From assembly GCF_009914755.1 (NCBI RefSeq), contig NC_060928.1: a stretch of DNA of 64,000 nt. One strand, written 5' to 3'. The stretch's first letter is position 1; each line of letters begins with the position of its first letter. The position numbers and the translations under genes are program-made. The notes beneath the pieces are model-generated. The model ran no database searches. It was not told the origin of the DNA and worked only from the letters and a program-made list of their open reading frames with translations. This DNA is from the human T2T-CHM13v2.0 reference genome, Homo sapiens. Of this stretch, positions 25,932 to 42,339 are shown piece by piece.

Positions 25932-26368
25932 TGTATTGTTTTCCTAGGGCTGACACAACAAAGTACCACAAAAAGGATGACTTAAAACAGAAGAAATTTA
26001 TTCTTTTTCAGTTCTTCAGGGTAGAAGTCTGAAATCACAGCAGTGCCATGTTAACCTCTCAAACACAGGGTAGAATTTTTCCTTGCCTTTTCCCAGCTTC
26101 TGGTAGTACCCATCAGCCCTTGGCATTGCTTGATTCACAGTGTCTTCCCTCCAATCTCTGCTACTGCCACCACATGACATTCTCTCTGTGTGCTTGTGTC
26201 TCTTCTCCTCTTCTTATAAGGACACCAGTCATATTAAATTAGGACTTAACCTAATGAACCATGACCTCATCTTCACTTGATTACATCTTCAAAGACCTAT
26301 TTTCAAAGAAAGTCATATTCCTAGGTGCCGGGGAGTAGGACTTCAACATATCAATGCAACCCATAACA
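25932..26368 (-). mobile_element. MaLR LTR (MLT1C-like)
   Basis: tgtattgttttcctagggctg...tcttataaggacaccagtcatatt...caacccataaca. Confidence 0.88.
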
Positions 26369-26794
26369 AAGGTAAAGAAGGTAAGTCTCACAAAGAGGGC
26401 CAGAATCATTAGTAACAGAAAGTTTCCTCAGGAATTTCAAGGAAAATGGCAGGTCATGGTCTGCCATGGCTTCAACTCTGATTGTGGGTTTGAGTAACTT
26501 ACATTTATATGCAAAATTATACAGAAAACACAGAGGTAAAGAACACCAAAATGTAAACTTACTTAAGAGATTGTTCATAAGGAAAAAAAGGAAATCTTCC
26601 TCTAGATGTTATGACACTTTCATAGCATTAATTTTATTTTAGATAAATATTAAAATTCTAACATAGACTAATTGTGAATATAGCCATACAAAAGATATTA
26701 ATTATTAACTTTTGTTCAGATATAATTTAATTTCCCAGATTTCAAATTTAACATCCATTTTAACCTACTAACAGAGGTATAAAGTCTATGATTT

Positions 26795-27860
26795 ATGTAA
26801 TCACTCAGAAAATATTTCTTAAGCACCTACTATAAGCTAAGTATTTCATATAAAGGATTCAAAATTTTTAAAAACATGGTTTCTGCTCCAAGATACCTCT
26901 TGATAGTCTGGTAGAAAGAATAAGTGAATCAATACACAATTAGAGTGCCACACTGAAGTTAATAACAGTATTGTGGGGTCAAGATAATAGCTAATAACCC
27001 ACTGGGGTTGAAGTGATTAGGAAAATTTTCCCACCTAGAGGAAGAAATTCTAGAACTGGATCGTAAAGAGTATAAAAGAGTCAGGAAAGGTGTTTTAGGC
27101 AAAGAAAGCAACATACGTATTTACAAAGCTGTGAGAGATAGCACAGCACATTCTGAGAACTGCAAAAAGTTCAGTATGGCTGGATTTCAATGAGAAATGG
27201 GGATGGGATGGTAGGGTAACAGAGTGGTGCAGGGAGCAGTTATAGTGAAAGCAAAGATCAAATTATGGAAAACCTCTATGACAAGGGCAATGGACAATGT
27301 GGTAAACTTAACCAGTGCTCACCAATATCTGTTCTCTCCTCCTGGACACGTGACTGTACTTCACATACCTTGAAGTTTAAGGGGATTGTGGGGTACCTAT
27401 ACGACTAGTTCTGGTCAATGGGCTGTGTGTAGAAATGCAATATGTCACTTCTGGTCCAAAGCATAGAACAGCAATTGTAGCATCTTCCTGTGCTCACTAC
27501 TCTTCCTGCAGCAACCAGCAATATCCAGATGGCAGAGCCAATATAAGGCTGGATTCTTGAGTGACTTGAGGCAGAATATCCAACCCATAAACCTGAGCCA
27601 CAGGGGATATGTAGAATGAGTAAGACTTAAGCCTTTGCTTTGCTAAATCACTGAGATTATGAGTTAATTTGCCCCTGCACCATAATCTAGTACTAACCTG
27701 ATAATATAGAGTGCAACTGCAAGAAAATTTAATCAGGAGAATTGCTTAGTATGATTTGTGTTTTAGAAAGATCACATTAGCTAGACGGTAGAAGGTGGGC
27801 TAGTAGAGCCAAGGATGAGTACAAGTAGAAAAATCCAAAGCTATAACAATAATTCAGAGT
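26795..27860 (-). mobile_element. L2 3' fragment interrupted by an MLT1 LTR
   Basis: aaatatttcttaagcacctactat...aagttcagtatggctgga. Resumes with atgatttgtgttttagaaagatcac at ~27750. Confidence 0.7.
27298..27708 (+). mobile_element. MaLR LTR (MLT1I/J-like)
   Basis: gactagttctggtcaatggg...tgtcacttctgg...tgctaaatcactgagatt. Confidence 0.75.
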
Positions 27861-29217
27861 CCATGGGTGCTGTCTCCCACCTTAGCCAAACTTATCTCTT
27901 TCCAATTAAACCTCAAGATACCAAACATTGGGAAATCCGGGGCCATAGCATGACAAATGGGGTTTCCTTGGGCCCAGCCCTCTTCCAGGATTATTACATA
28001 TAGCAATTCTACACCAGGTTTCTTGCACTCTCACAAAGAACTTAAGACCAATAAAACGGTCTGCATTTCTGGTTAGGATAATAAACTCTGTGCTAGTAGA
28101 GAAGAGTGTATCTCACAACTTGTCCTAAATGACTCTGAAATCATTTTTCTGCAGCACTTATTCTAAGCATTTAGCATTTTGAAATTCAGGACAAAAGATT
28201 CAAAAGGAAAAAGTTTTCATGTACCATATATTTCCCAACCATCCATAAGTGGATCAAAACTCCAACCCAGATTTCCCTGAGCATCACGTGAAACATAAAG
28301 AATTTACTGAAATGAAGATATAAGGAAGCCAGTATAAAAATCATCAATACATTTGCGTGTTTAATGCTAACAATAAAATTGCACCACAGTTACAACCCGC
28401 ATAGTTACTAAGCCAGTTGGAAATAGAACATATTTGGAGATAACCCTAGTTTGGAATTTGGCCATCAGGCTACTTGGCTAGCCTAATGGTGGGTCTTTTA
28501 GTGACCTTGGACAAGCCACCCACCTTCTGTGTCTCCCTTTCCCTTTTCTAGCTTAACAAAAAAATTACTTTTCCCCCTCAGAAAGATCACGTAAGAAGTT
28601 GTAACAGAAGCGTTTATGAAGCATTTTGTATCTCTTTCACACAGGGAGCCTGAAGTTCAAAGCAGCTCTATATATGCCCAGACAGGGACCCATAATTGCA
28701 CTTGGTCCACACCAAGGGATGATTCTGCCATGTGTTACTGCTGAGAAATGAAGGACTTGCATTAAAATGCATAATTTAATCAAGAGAAAAACCACTAATC
28801 AGTAGGAAATATGCAACCTTGATGTTATGGGATTTTTTTAATGTTCATGTTATTAGAGCTGCCACAATTTCTCATGAATCTATTGAAATGAAAATCAATG
28901 TAAAGGAGAGGTTTTAAAAGATAAAATGAGCTCAAACATGAGGTCCTCAGGAGGGTTTGGCACTCCTCTAGGGAAAATGCAGAAAAGCAGAAGCACCATG
29001 ACTGCAGCCAGGGCTGTCACTGTTCCTGCTCCCTGCTGAAAAGTACAAATTTGCAAGGTAAGTTTTGCAGTCCTTTGGAGTTCTATAAACTATGTGGCCA
29101 TTCTACTAAACCAGGGCCCAAACAGTAGCAGAATACACAGGCCACCCTATAATACAGCATCAGTAACAAACAATAACAGAACATAGGCCACTCAATAATA
29201 CAGCATCAGTTTCTCAT

Positions 29218-29691
29218 TGTCTTCATCTATTTGGGCTGCTATAACAAACACCTTTAACTAGTTAATTTGTAAAGAACAGAAATTTGCTTCTTCCAGTTCT
29301 GGAAGCTGAAAACTCCAAGATCAAGGCACCAGCAGATTCAGTGTCTAGTGAGGACTCTCTGCTTCCAAGATGGTCCCTTATTGTTGAGTCCTCAGGTGGA
29401 AGAATGGGTAAGTACTGTGTCCTCAGGTGGCAGAATGGGTAAGCACTGTGTCCTCAGGTGGCAGAAGGGCAGAAGGACAAAAGGAAAAAATGCTGTGTCC
29501 TTCCATGGAAGAAGAGATGAAAAGCCAGGCAGCTCTCTGAAGCCCCTTTCATAAAGGCATTAAACCGTTCATTAAGGCAGGGCCCTCACGATTTAATCAC
29601 TTCCCAAAGGCCCCACCTCTTAATACAACTACAATAGGGATTAAGTTTGAACACATAAAATCAGTGGGACACGAACATTCAAACTATAATA
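29218..29691 (-). mobile_element. MaLR LTR (MSTC/D-like) with internal 31-bp repeat
   Basis: gggctgctataacaaa...ccaagatcaaggcaccagcagattc...aatcacttcccaaaggccccacctcttaatac. Confidence 0.9.
29388..29466. repeat. 31-bp tandem repeat (~2.5 copies)
   Basis: gtcctcaggtgg(a/c)agaatgggtaag(t/c)actgt units start at 29388, 29419 and 29450. Confidence 0.92.
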
Positions 29692-29926
29692 GTCATGCAC
29701 TCTTCAACTTATGAGTGGAGTTGGCGAAATAACCGAAAAATGTCAGTGATGTTCTCAGGCCTGCCCATGGGTCAATGATTAGGTACAATCTTCCAAGCAA
29801 GTGTTTATGAGATTCATCAGGGAGCCTCATCTGAATCCAAGGAAGTCATGAATGAGCACATGTGACAATTTCATTAGCATTTTATTGGTATAACACTTGA
29901 TTGGAGGTTTAGGGCTGGGACAAGGG

Positions 29927-29927
<1 letters not shown>

Positions 29928-29976
<49 letters not shown>
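29928..29976. repeat. (TG)24 microsatellite
   Basis: Pure TG run. Confidence 0.98.
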
Positions 29977-29978
<2 letters not shown>

Positions 29979-31149
29979 ATAGCCTTTTTCTGTATTTTTC
30001 TCTTTGTGTGTGTTGCTGAGAGAGAATGCAGTAACAATCTAAAAGCCAGAAAATGGGAAGAACAAAATGGTCTCCAGCTTATCCCCATTAACTCATGTCT
30101 AAGCTTTAAAAAGAGAGATGCTCAAAACTGCTGCTGAAGTAGTTTTCTTGAAAGATTCTATATGATATGTAGCCACAAATAGCACCACTTTTGTTCCCCA
30201 GTGCCTACACAGAATAGGGAAAACAGAACAATGAGCCCACTTCTTCATGGAACACACCTTGGTGTAATGAAGATTATAGGTAGGAATATCATCTATCAGG
30301 TCTGCCCAAGATCATCCAGTTTTTGCCCACTGTTCCAGCATAATTATCAACAGCATTCTTTTTTACTCTCAGTAGTATCTCTAGTTATAGAGAATGAATA
30401 GAATCTTGATGGGTGGACCTTTGAAAGCTTGGAGATAGGGCAACACTCAGTATGAGAAATATTCTCAAGGAGTGGCACTGATTAGCAGTGATGATGGAAA
30501 GCAGCAACCTCAGGGCCTTTGGGAGCAATGGACATCAACAGAGGCCAATGAGAGCAGAAGGCAATGAGATGACTGCTCATGGGCACCTGTGTGACACTCT
30601 TCTGGGAGAGACAGGACTGTATATTTCAGGTCTGAATTCAAGAATTAGGAAAACCATTGGCTTTCTCCACCTATGCACATGGTAAATGTGACAATGTTAA
30701 TGACTAATTGTTTCTTTAAAAATAAGTTACATGACTATGTGTAACTTTTAAAGTAATCATTATAATGTTTTTATAGCATTGCATTATGCAAACTGGTAAT
30801 AGAAAAAAATTTACCTTACCAAATTTCATATTACAGAATTCTTGTATTTCCTTTTCATTTTAAATCTTTGTGTATTTATGCTTTGTTTTTCCAATGTTAA
30901 GGTCTTGGAGTATAGAAATAAAGACTCATAGCATAGAGCAAGCACATACTAGCTTCATAAAGACAGAATTTATTGCTTCCTAACCAAAGAAAATATGATC
31001 TGTATTTGTTAAATTTGACATAAAACCGTAATTATTTTCAATTTAAAAAATAGTTAATATTTTTCCAATTTACTCCACATTTTCCAAATACTACTTTTTC
31101 AATTCCCATCAAGGCTGTATATTTCTCATGGTGATTTATGCCTTATGCA

Positions 31150-31315
31150 GAACTTTCCCACAGTAATCCTGGGGGAAAATTATTACCATTTTATAGATGA
31201 GGTTCCTAGGGCCTAGAGATGTTAAATTATATGTTCAAGGTAACACAGCAATGAAATACAACTGGAAATATCCCAGTGCAACTAAAACCTATGTTTGTCC
31301 TAGACTCTTTTCCTC
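31150..31315 (-). mobile_element. MIR fragment
   Basis: ccattttatagatgagg...tcaaggtaacacagc core. Confidence 0.65.
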
Positions 31316-31634
31316 CATGTCTTCCTTCTCTCCCTCCCTCTTTCTTTGTTTCCATCTCCCTTGCTTCCTTTCATCTTATTGTTTTATTTTACTTTTTTTA
31401 ATTTTTATTTTTATTTATATATTTTTAAAAAAAACTTTTTTATTATACTTTAAGTTCTGGGGTACATGTGCACAATGTGCAGGTTTCTTACGTAGGTAAA
31501 CATGTCTCATGTTGGTTTGCTGCACCCATCAACTCATCATTTACATTAGGTATTTCTCCTAATGCTATCCCTCCCTGAGCCCCCTACTCCTCGAGCGTGA
31601 TGTTCCCCACCCTGTGTCCATGTGTTCTCATTAT

Positions 31635-35429
<3,795 letters not shown>

Positions 35430-35495
35430 TATGATGGTAGCTGGTTATTTTGCCCATTAATTGGTGCAGTTTCTTCATAGTGTCGATGGTCTTTA

Positions 35496-36518
35496 TCATT
35501 TGGCATGTTTTTGCAGTGGCTGGTACTGGTTGTTACTTTCCATGTTTAGTGCTTCCTTCAGGAGCTCTTGTAAGGCAGGCCTGGTGGTGACAAAATCTCT
35601 CAGCGTTTGCTTGTCTGTAAAGTATTTTATTTCTCCTTCACTTATGAAGTTTAGTTTGGCTGGATATGAAATTCTGGGTTGAAAATTCTTTTCTTTAAGA
35701 ATGTTGAATATTGGCCCCCACTCTCTTCTGGCTTGTAGAGTTTCTGCCGAGAGATGAGCTGTTAGTCTGATGGGCTTCCCTTTGTGGGTAACCCAACCTT
35801 TCTTTCTGGCTGCCCTTAACATTTTTTCCTTCATTTCAACCTTGGTTAATCTGACAATTATGTGTCTTCAGGTTGCTCTTCTCGAGGATTATCTTTGTGG
35901 TGTTCTCTGTATTTCCTGAATTTGAATGTTGGCCTGCCTTGCTAGGTTGGGGAAGTTCTCCTGGATAATATCCTGAAAAGTGTTTTCTAACTTGGTTCCA
36001 TTCTCCCCATCACTTTCTGGTACACCAATCAAATGTATATTTGGTCTTTTCACATAGTTCCATATTTCTTGGAGGCTTTGTTCATTTCTTTTCACTCTTT
36101 CGTCTCTAATCTAGTCTTCTTGCTTTATTTCATTAATTTGATCTTCAATCACTGATATCCTTACTTCCACGTGATCGAATCAGCTATTGAAGTTTCTGCA
36201 TGCATCACGAAGTTTTCACGCCATGGTTTTCAGGTCCATCAGGTCATTTAAGGTCTTCTCTACACTGTTTATTCTACTTAGCCATTCATCTAACCTTTTT
36301 TTCAAGGTTTCTAGCTTTCTTGCAATGGGTTAGAACATGCTCCTTTACCTTGGAGAAGTTCATTATTACCAACCTTTTGAAACCTACTTATGTCAACTTG
36401 TCAAACTCATTCTCCATCCAGTTTTGTTCCCTTACTGACGAGGAGCTGTGATCCTTTGAAGGAGAAGAGGTGCTTTGTTTTTGGAATTTTCAGCTTTTCT
36501 GCCCTGGTTTCTCCCCAT
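35496..36518 (-). pseudogene. L1 ORF1p, disrupted
   Basis: Fragments QSLQEIWNYVKRPN and KGKPIRLTAHLSAETLQARREW. ATG at 36518. Confidence 0.93.
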
Positions 36519-37700
36519 CTTTGTGGTTTTATCTACCTTTGGTCTTTGATGTTGGTGACCTACAGATGGGGTTTTGGTGTGGATGTCCTTTTCGTTGATG
36601 TTGATGTTATTCCTTTCTGTTTGTTAGTTTTTCTTCTAACAGTCAGACCCCTCAGGTGCAGATCTGTTAGGGTTTGCTGGAGGTCCACTCCAGACGCTCT
36701 TTGCCTGGGTATCACCAGCAGAGGCTGCAGAACAGCAAATATTGCTGCCTGATCCTTCCTCTGGAAGCTATCCCTGAGGGGCACCCGCCTGTTTGAGATG
36801 TCTGTCAGCCTCTACTGGGAGAAGTTTCCCAGTCAGGATACACAGGGGTCAGGGACCCACTTGAGGAGGCAGTCTGTATATTCTCAGAGCTCAAATGCCA
36901 TGCTGAGAGAACCACTGCTCTCTTCAGAGCTGTCAGGCAGGGATGGTTAAGTCTGCAGAAGCTGTCTGCTGCCTTTTGTTCTACTATGCCCTGCCCCCAG
37001 AAGTGAAATCTATAGAGGCAGTAGGCCTTGCTGAGATGCGATGGGCTCCACCCAGTTCTTGCTTCCCACCTTCTTTGTTTACACTGTGAGTTACACAAGC
37101 CTCAGCAATGGTGGACACCCCTCCCCCAACCAGGCTGCAGCCTCACAGGTCAATCTCAGACTGCTGCACTAGCAGTGAGCAAGGATCAGGCTCTGTGGGC
37201 ATGGGACCTACCAAGCCAGGCACGGGAGGGTATCTCCAGGTCTGATGGTTGCTTAGACTGTGGGAATAGTGCAGTATTTGGTTAGGAGTGTCCTGTTTCT
37301 CCAGGTGCAGTCTGTCACAGCTTCCCTTGGCTAGAAAAGGAAAATCCCCCAACCCTTTGCACTTCCCAGGTGAGGTGACCCCTAACCCTGCTTCAGCTCA
37401 CCCTCAATGGGCTACACCCTCTGTCCAACCAGTCCAAATGAGATGAACCAGGTACCTCAGTTGGAAATGTAGAAATCACCCACCTCTGCATCAATCTCAC
37501 TGGGAGCTGCATACCAGAGCAGTTCCTATTTGGCCATCTTGGAAGCAACCCCCCGTTTTATTGTTTTAATGCTTTTCTTTTAGCATTCAGAAGCTATAAG
37601 GATTCTAAAGGCCTTAAACTTACTTATTCTTTAATATCTTGCTAGAAAACTAGAAGAAATGAAAAATTTAAAAACAGGAGGGGAGGCAAGGGCAAGGTAG

Positions 37701-39006
37701 TGTGTCCAGAATTGGTGGGTTCTTGGTCTTGCTGACTTCAAGAATGAAGCCATGGACCCTCACGGTGAGTGTTACAGTTCTTAAAGATGGTGTGTCCAGA
37801 GTTTCTTCCTTCTGGTGGGTTTGTGGTCTCACTGACTTCAGGAGTGAAGCTGCAGACCTTCACAGTGAGTGTTACAGCTCTTAAAGGTGGCGCAGACCCA
37901 AAGAGTGAGCAGCAGCAAGATTTATTGCAAAGAGTGAAAGAATAAAGTTTCCACAGCATAGAAGGGAACCCGAGTGGGTTGCCACTGCTTGTTCAGGCAG
38001 CTTGTTTTATTCCCTTATCTGACCCCACCCACATCCTGCTGATTGGTCCATTTTACAGAGAGCTGATTGGTCCGTTTTACAGAGAGCTGATTGGTCCATT
38101 TTGACAGGGAGCTGATTGATGCATTTACAAACCCTAAGCTAGAAACAGAGTGCTGATTGGTGCATTTACAAACCTTGAGCTAGACACAAAGTGTTGATTG
38201 GTGCATTTACAATACTCCAGCTAAACATAAAATTTCTCCAAGTCCCCACCAGATTAGCTAGATACAGAGTGCTGATTGGTGCATCCATGAACCCCAAGCT
38301 AGACACACAGTGCTGATTGGCAGATGTACAATGCTCCAGCTAGACATAAAAGTTCTCCAAGTCCCTACCCAACTCAGGAGCCCAGCTGGCTTCACCTAGT
38401 GGATCCTGAGCCAGGGCCATGGGTGGAGCTGCCTGCCAGTCCTGCACTGTGCACCTGCATTCCTCAGCCCTTGGGTGGTCAATGGGACTGGGCACTGTGG
38501 AGCAGGGGGTGGCGCCCATCAGGGAGGTTCAGGCTGCATGGGAGCCCATGGGGGTGGGGTCTGGCATGGCAGGCTTCAGATCCCAAGACCTGCCCTGCGG
38601 GGAGGCTGCTGAAGCCCAGCGAGAATTTGAGTGCTGCATGGGTGGGCCAGCAATGCTGGGGGACATGGCACACCCTCTGCAGCTGCTGGCCTGGGTGCTA
38701 AGCCCCTCACTGCCTGGGGCTGGCAGTTCTGGCTGGCCACTCTGAGTGCAGGGCCTGCTGAGCCTGTGCCCACCCGGAACTCGCACTGGCCCACGAGGGC
38801 CACGTGCAGCCTCAGTCCCACCTGCGCCTCTCCCTCCACACCTCCCTGCAGGCAGAGGGAGCCGGCTCCAGCCTCGGCCAACCCAGAGAGGGGCTCCCAC
38901 AGTGCAGCGGTGGGCTGAAGGGCTCCTCAAGAATGGCCAGAGTGGGCACTGAGGCTGAGGAGGCACCGAGATTGAGCAAGGGCTGCCAGCATGCTGTCAC
39001 CTCTCA
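37701..39006 (-). mobile_element. LTR12 (D-like), 3' LTR
   Basis: Minus strand TGAGAGGTGACAGC...GGACACA with ATTGG/CCAAT repeat array. Preceded by polypurine tract GTTTAGAGGAGGGAT (39007-39021). Confidence 0.97.
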
Positions 39007-39063
39007 ATCCCTCCTCTAAACAGGACACCCCAACTGCTGTTGGGAATTTGGCCGATGACCACT

Positions 39064-39895
39064 CTAGCTACTTCCTGCTGGATAGGGGCAATGAAGGGGC
39101 CCTGCAGTTGTAGTGTCCTCCAGAGGGGAGATCTCTAGGCCAGTGAAACTGACAGTGGGTTGGTCCAAGGGTCTTTGGTAGAAGTCGTTAGTTGAACTCA
39201 TTTGGGGTTCCATTTGTAAGACCATCTGTAGCTTGATGGTCCTGATTCTAGAGGAAACAAATTTGACAAGAAGGTTAAAAATACAGAACCCAAAGGTGAG
39301 TAACAGCAAGATGGCTGCCATGGGACCTAGAAAGGGAGAAGCCATGTTGCCCAACTCCAGAGGTTGGTATAAGAGTTTGAAAGGCAGTGTCTGATTTCAG
39401 AAACCTTTTCCTGTAAATGCTGGGTAGCATCTCATACTATCCCTGACTGGTTAGTGTAAAAACAACACTCTTCCCCTAAGAAGGTGCTGAGTCCTCCTTT
39501 CTCAACAATAAGGAAGTCTAGGCCTCGGCAGTTTTGGAGAGTCACTGCTGCCAAATAGTCTATGCGGGATATAAAGTAAGGATAGATTTCGTTATTTCTT
39601 GCCAACTGTCTGAGAAATCCTTTGACAGTGTGTGGTAGTAGGATAATGAAGTAGATAAACTGGCTATTCTGGTTCCTGTAGCAGTAGCCATTCCTAACCC
39701 TATAAGTAGAGGTATTAGTTGTATGGCTCTGCACTGACAGACTTGAACTTTGAGGGGTACTGATAAGGTCTGATTTCCTGGGGCAATGTTAATGTTGGGA
39801 CTTAGAAAGACTAAGGTGCAGGTGCTTGTCCAGTTAGCGGGTAGGCAGATATAGGTCAATGTTCCACATAAGAATATGCCTTGGCTGGGTAGACA
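39064..39895 (-). pseudogene. HERV9 env remnant (SU end and TM)
   Basis: Fusion peptide [12 protein letters not shown], immunosuppressive-domain-like [26 protein letters not shown], and TM/cytoplasmic tail. Frame-shifted. Confidence 0.93.
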
Positions 39896-40144
39896 TTTAG
39901 AAATTTACCCTGGCTTTTAAAGGAATAGGGTACACTATTTTTTCTTTACTACTTCTATCTCTCTCTTTGACTTCTCCTTTGTCTCTCTCTTTCTCTCTTT
40001 CTGACTCCCTCTTTGTCTGTCTCTTCCTCTCTGTCTTTTTTCTTTGACTTTTTATCTCTTTCTCTTTCTTTCTCTCTTTGTCTCTCTCTTTCTGACTGCC
40101 TCTGCCAGCCGCTTGTGCTGCTGTTCTCCCCTCTCCTTCCCCTT

Positions 40145-42330
40145 TCTGATGGCTTTGGCAGTGTAAGACTGCCACCTCCTTGGGTTTTTGCACTGTGTGC
40201 AATAACTCTATAATTTCCTTGTGGTATTTAATGGGGTTTCCCCCAGAGGTTAGGAACTCCCTTTCTTTCCATATTGCAGTATGGGCATGTAGGATTAGAT
40301 AAGCATACTTGCTATCTGTATACACATTTATTCTTTTTCCCTTTCCCAGTTCTAAGGCTCTGGTAAGTGCCACTAGTTCTGCTAACTGGGCACTTGTCTC
40401 TGGGGGAAGAGGCTTACTTTCAAGTATGGTTACATCACTAACTATGGCATAACCTGCCCTTCATATCCCATTCTCCACAAATGAACTTTCATCAGTATAT
40501 AGGTTAAGGTCAGGATTAGCTAAGGGGACTTCTAAGAGATCATCTCAGGCGGCATAAGTCTGGACTATAATTTGTTGGCAGTCATGCTCGATTGGTTCCC
40601 CATCCTCTGGGAGAAAAGTGGCAGGGTTGAGGGCCACACACATGTGTATTTGAAGCACTGGTCCCTCAAGGAGTAGCACCTGGTATCTAAGTAGGCAGTT
40701 GTCTGATAGCCATAAACTTCCTTTGGCACCTAGTATGCCATTTACATCATGAGTAGTCCAGAGAGTGAGATCCTTTCCTTGTATTATTTTGATAGCCTCT
40801 GACACTAAGATGGCCACTGCCACAACTACCCATAAACAGTGAGGCCAGCCTTTTGCTACTACATCAATTTCCTTACTTAGGTATGCCACTGGTTGTGGGG
40901 TTGTCCCACAAATCTGAGTAAGGACTCCAAGAGCTATCCCTGCTCTCTCCATGATGTATGAAGAGAAGTTTTGTCCCGTCAGAAGGCTTAAAGCTGGAGC
41001 TTGTACTAGGGCCTGCTTTAAGGTTTTGAAGGCTACTTCTGCCTCTGGTTCTCATTCTATTAGATGAGTATTTGCCCTCTGGGTTTCCTTGATTAGGGTA
41101 TAGAGGGGCCTGGCTATCTCGCTGTATCCAGAGATCCATCATTAGCAAAAGCCAGTAATTCGAAGGAACCCCTGCAACTGTTTTAATGTCTTAGGGTGAG
41201 GATAAGCAAGTATAGGCAGTATTCATTCTTTCCTGAGGGCCCTGGTCCCTCTGGCTAAGATTAGGTCTAGATATCTGACCTGCTGTAGGCAAAGCTGGGC
41301 CTTCGACCAAGACACCTTGTACCCTTGATTAGCTAGAAAGTTCAAGAGATCTAGAGTAGCCTGCTGGCACGAGGCTTCCAAACTGGTAGCCAAAAGTAAA
41401 TCAACCACATATTGAAGGACCAGAGTGCCTGGACTTGAGAAGTGGCCTAGATCTTGGGCCAGTGCCTGACCAAACAGATGAGGGCTATCCCTAAACCCTT
41501 GGGGAAAGACCATCCACGTAAGTTGAGACATGTGATCTGTGGGATCCTCAAGGCAAAGAGAAACTGGGAGTCAGAGTGCAGAGGAATACAGAAGAAGGCA
41601 TCCTTGAGGTCCAGAAGAGTGAACCATTCTGCTTCCTCTGGTATTTGAGAAAGCAGGGTATAGGGGTTGGGTACAACTGGATATAGAGGAATTACTGCCT
41701 CATTGATGAGTCTAAGGTCTTGCACTAGTCTCCACTGACCATTCAGTTTTTGTACTCCCAGAATTGGGGTGTTGCAGGGACTGCTACATTTCCTTGCTAA
41801 GCCTTGAGCTTTTAAATGTTTAACAATATCCTGTAATCCTTTATGAGCTTCAGGCCTTAAGGGATATTGCCTTTGATAAGGAAAAGTGGTGGGATTTTTA
41901 ACCTGATTTGGACCGGGCGGGCATTTTTTGCCCTTCCAAATTGTCCCTCCAATGCCCAGACTTCAGGGTTGATTCCCTCCTCAAGTAGGGGACAACAAAT
42001 GGGTAATTTGTTTCCCCATATTCATGTAGATAATAGCTCCAGCCTTGGCTAATATATCCCTCCCTAATAAGGGTGTGGGACTTTCAGGCATAACAAGAAA
42101 GGCATGTGAAAAGAGCAAAGTCTCCCAATTACAACTGAGAAGGTGGGAGAAATACCTGGTTACAGGCTGTCCCAGGATTCCTCAGATGGTAACGGACCTT
42201 GAGGACAGTTGTCCAGGACAGGAGATTAACACTGAGAAGGCTGCACCAGTGTCCTGGAGGAAGTCAATTTCCTGGCCCTCAATGGTTAAATGTACCCGGG
42301 GCACAGTGAGGGTGATGACATGAGCTGGCA
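40145..42330 (-). pseudogene. HERV9 pro-pol remnant (protease, RT, RNase H; integrase absent)
   Basis: DTGAAFSVL (protease), LDLKDAFF, PQGFRDSP, LQYVVDLLL (mutated YVDD) and NVYTDSKYA (RNase H). Confidence 0.95.
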
Positions 42331-42339
42331 CTTGCCCCA

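Noticed and set aside
26012-26386. MLT1C antisense acceptor paired with AAG|GTAAGT at 26381
   Set aside because: The implied 369-nt exon is long and there is no other support.
37108-37245. L1 antisense ORF0 homolog (MVDTPPP...)
   Set aside because: Stops after 45 codons. The ORF0 of the other L1 (63879-63923) stops after 14 codons.
39064-39895. Possible domesticated syncytin-like env
   Set aside because: Frame-shifted, most of SU deleted, furin site degenerate (VCQCR), and the first Cys of CX6CC is lost.
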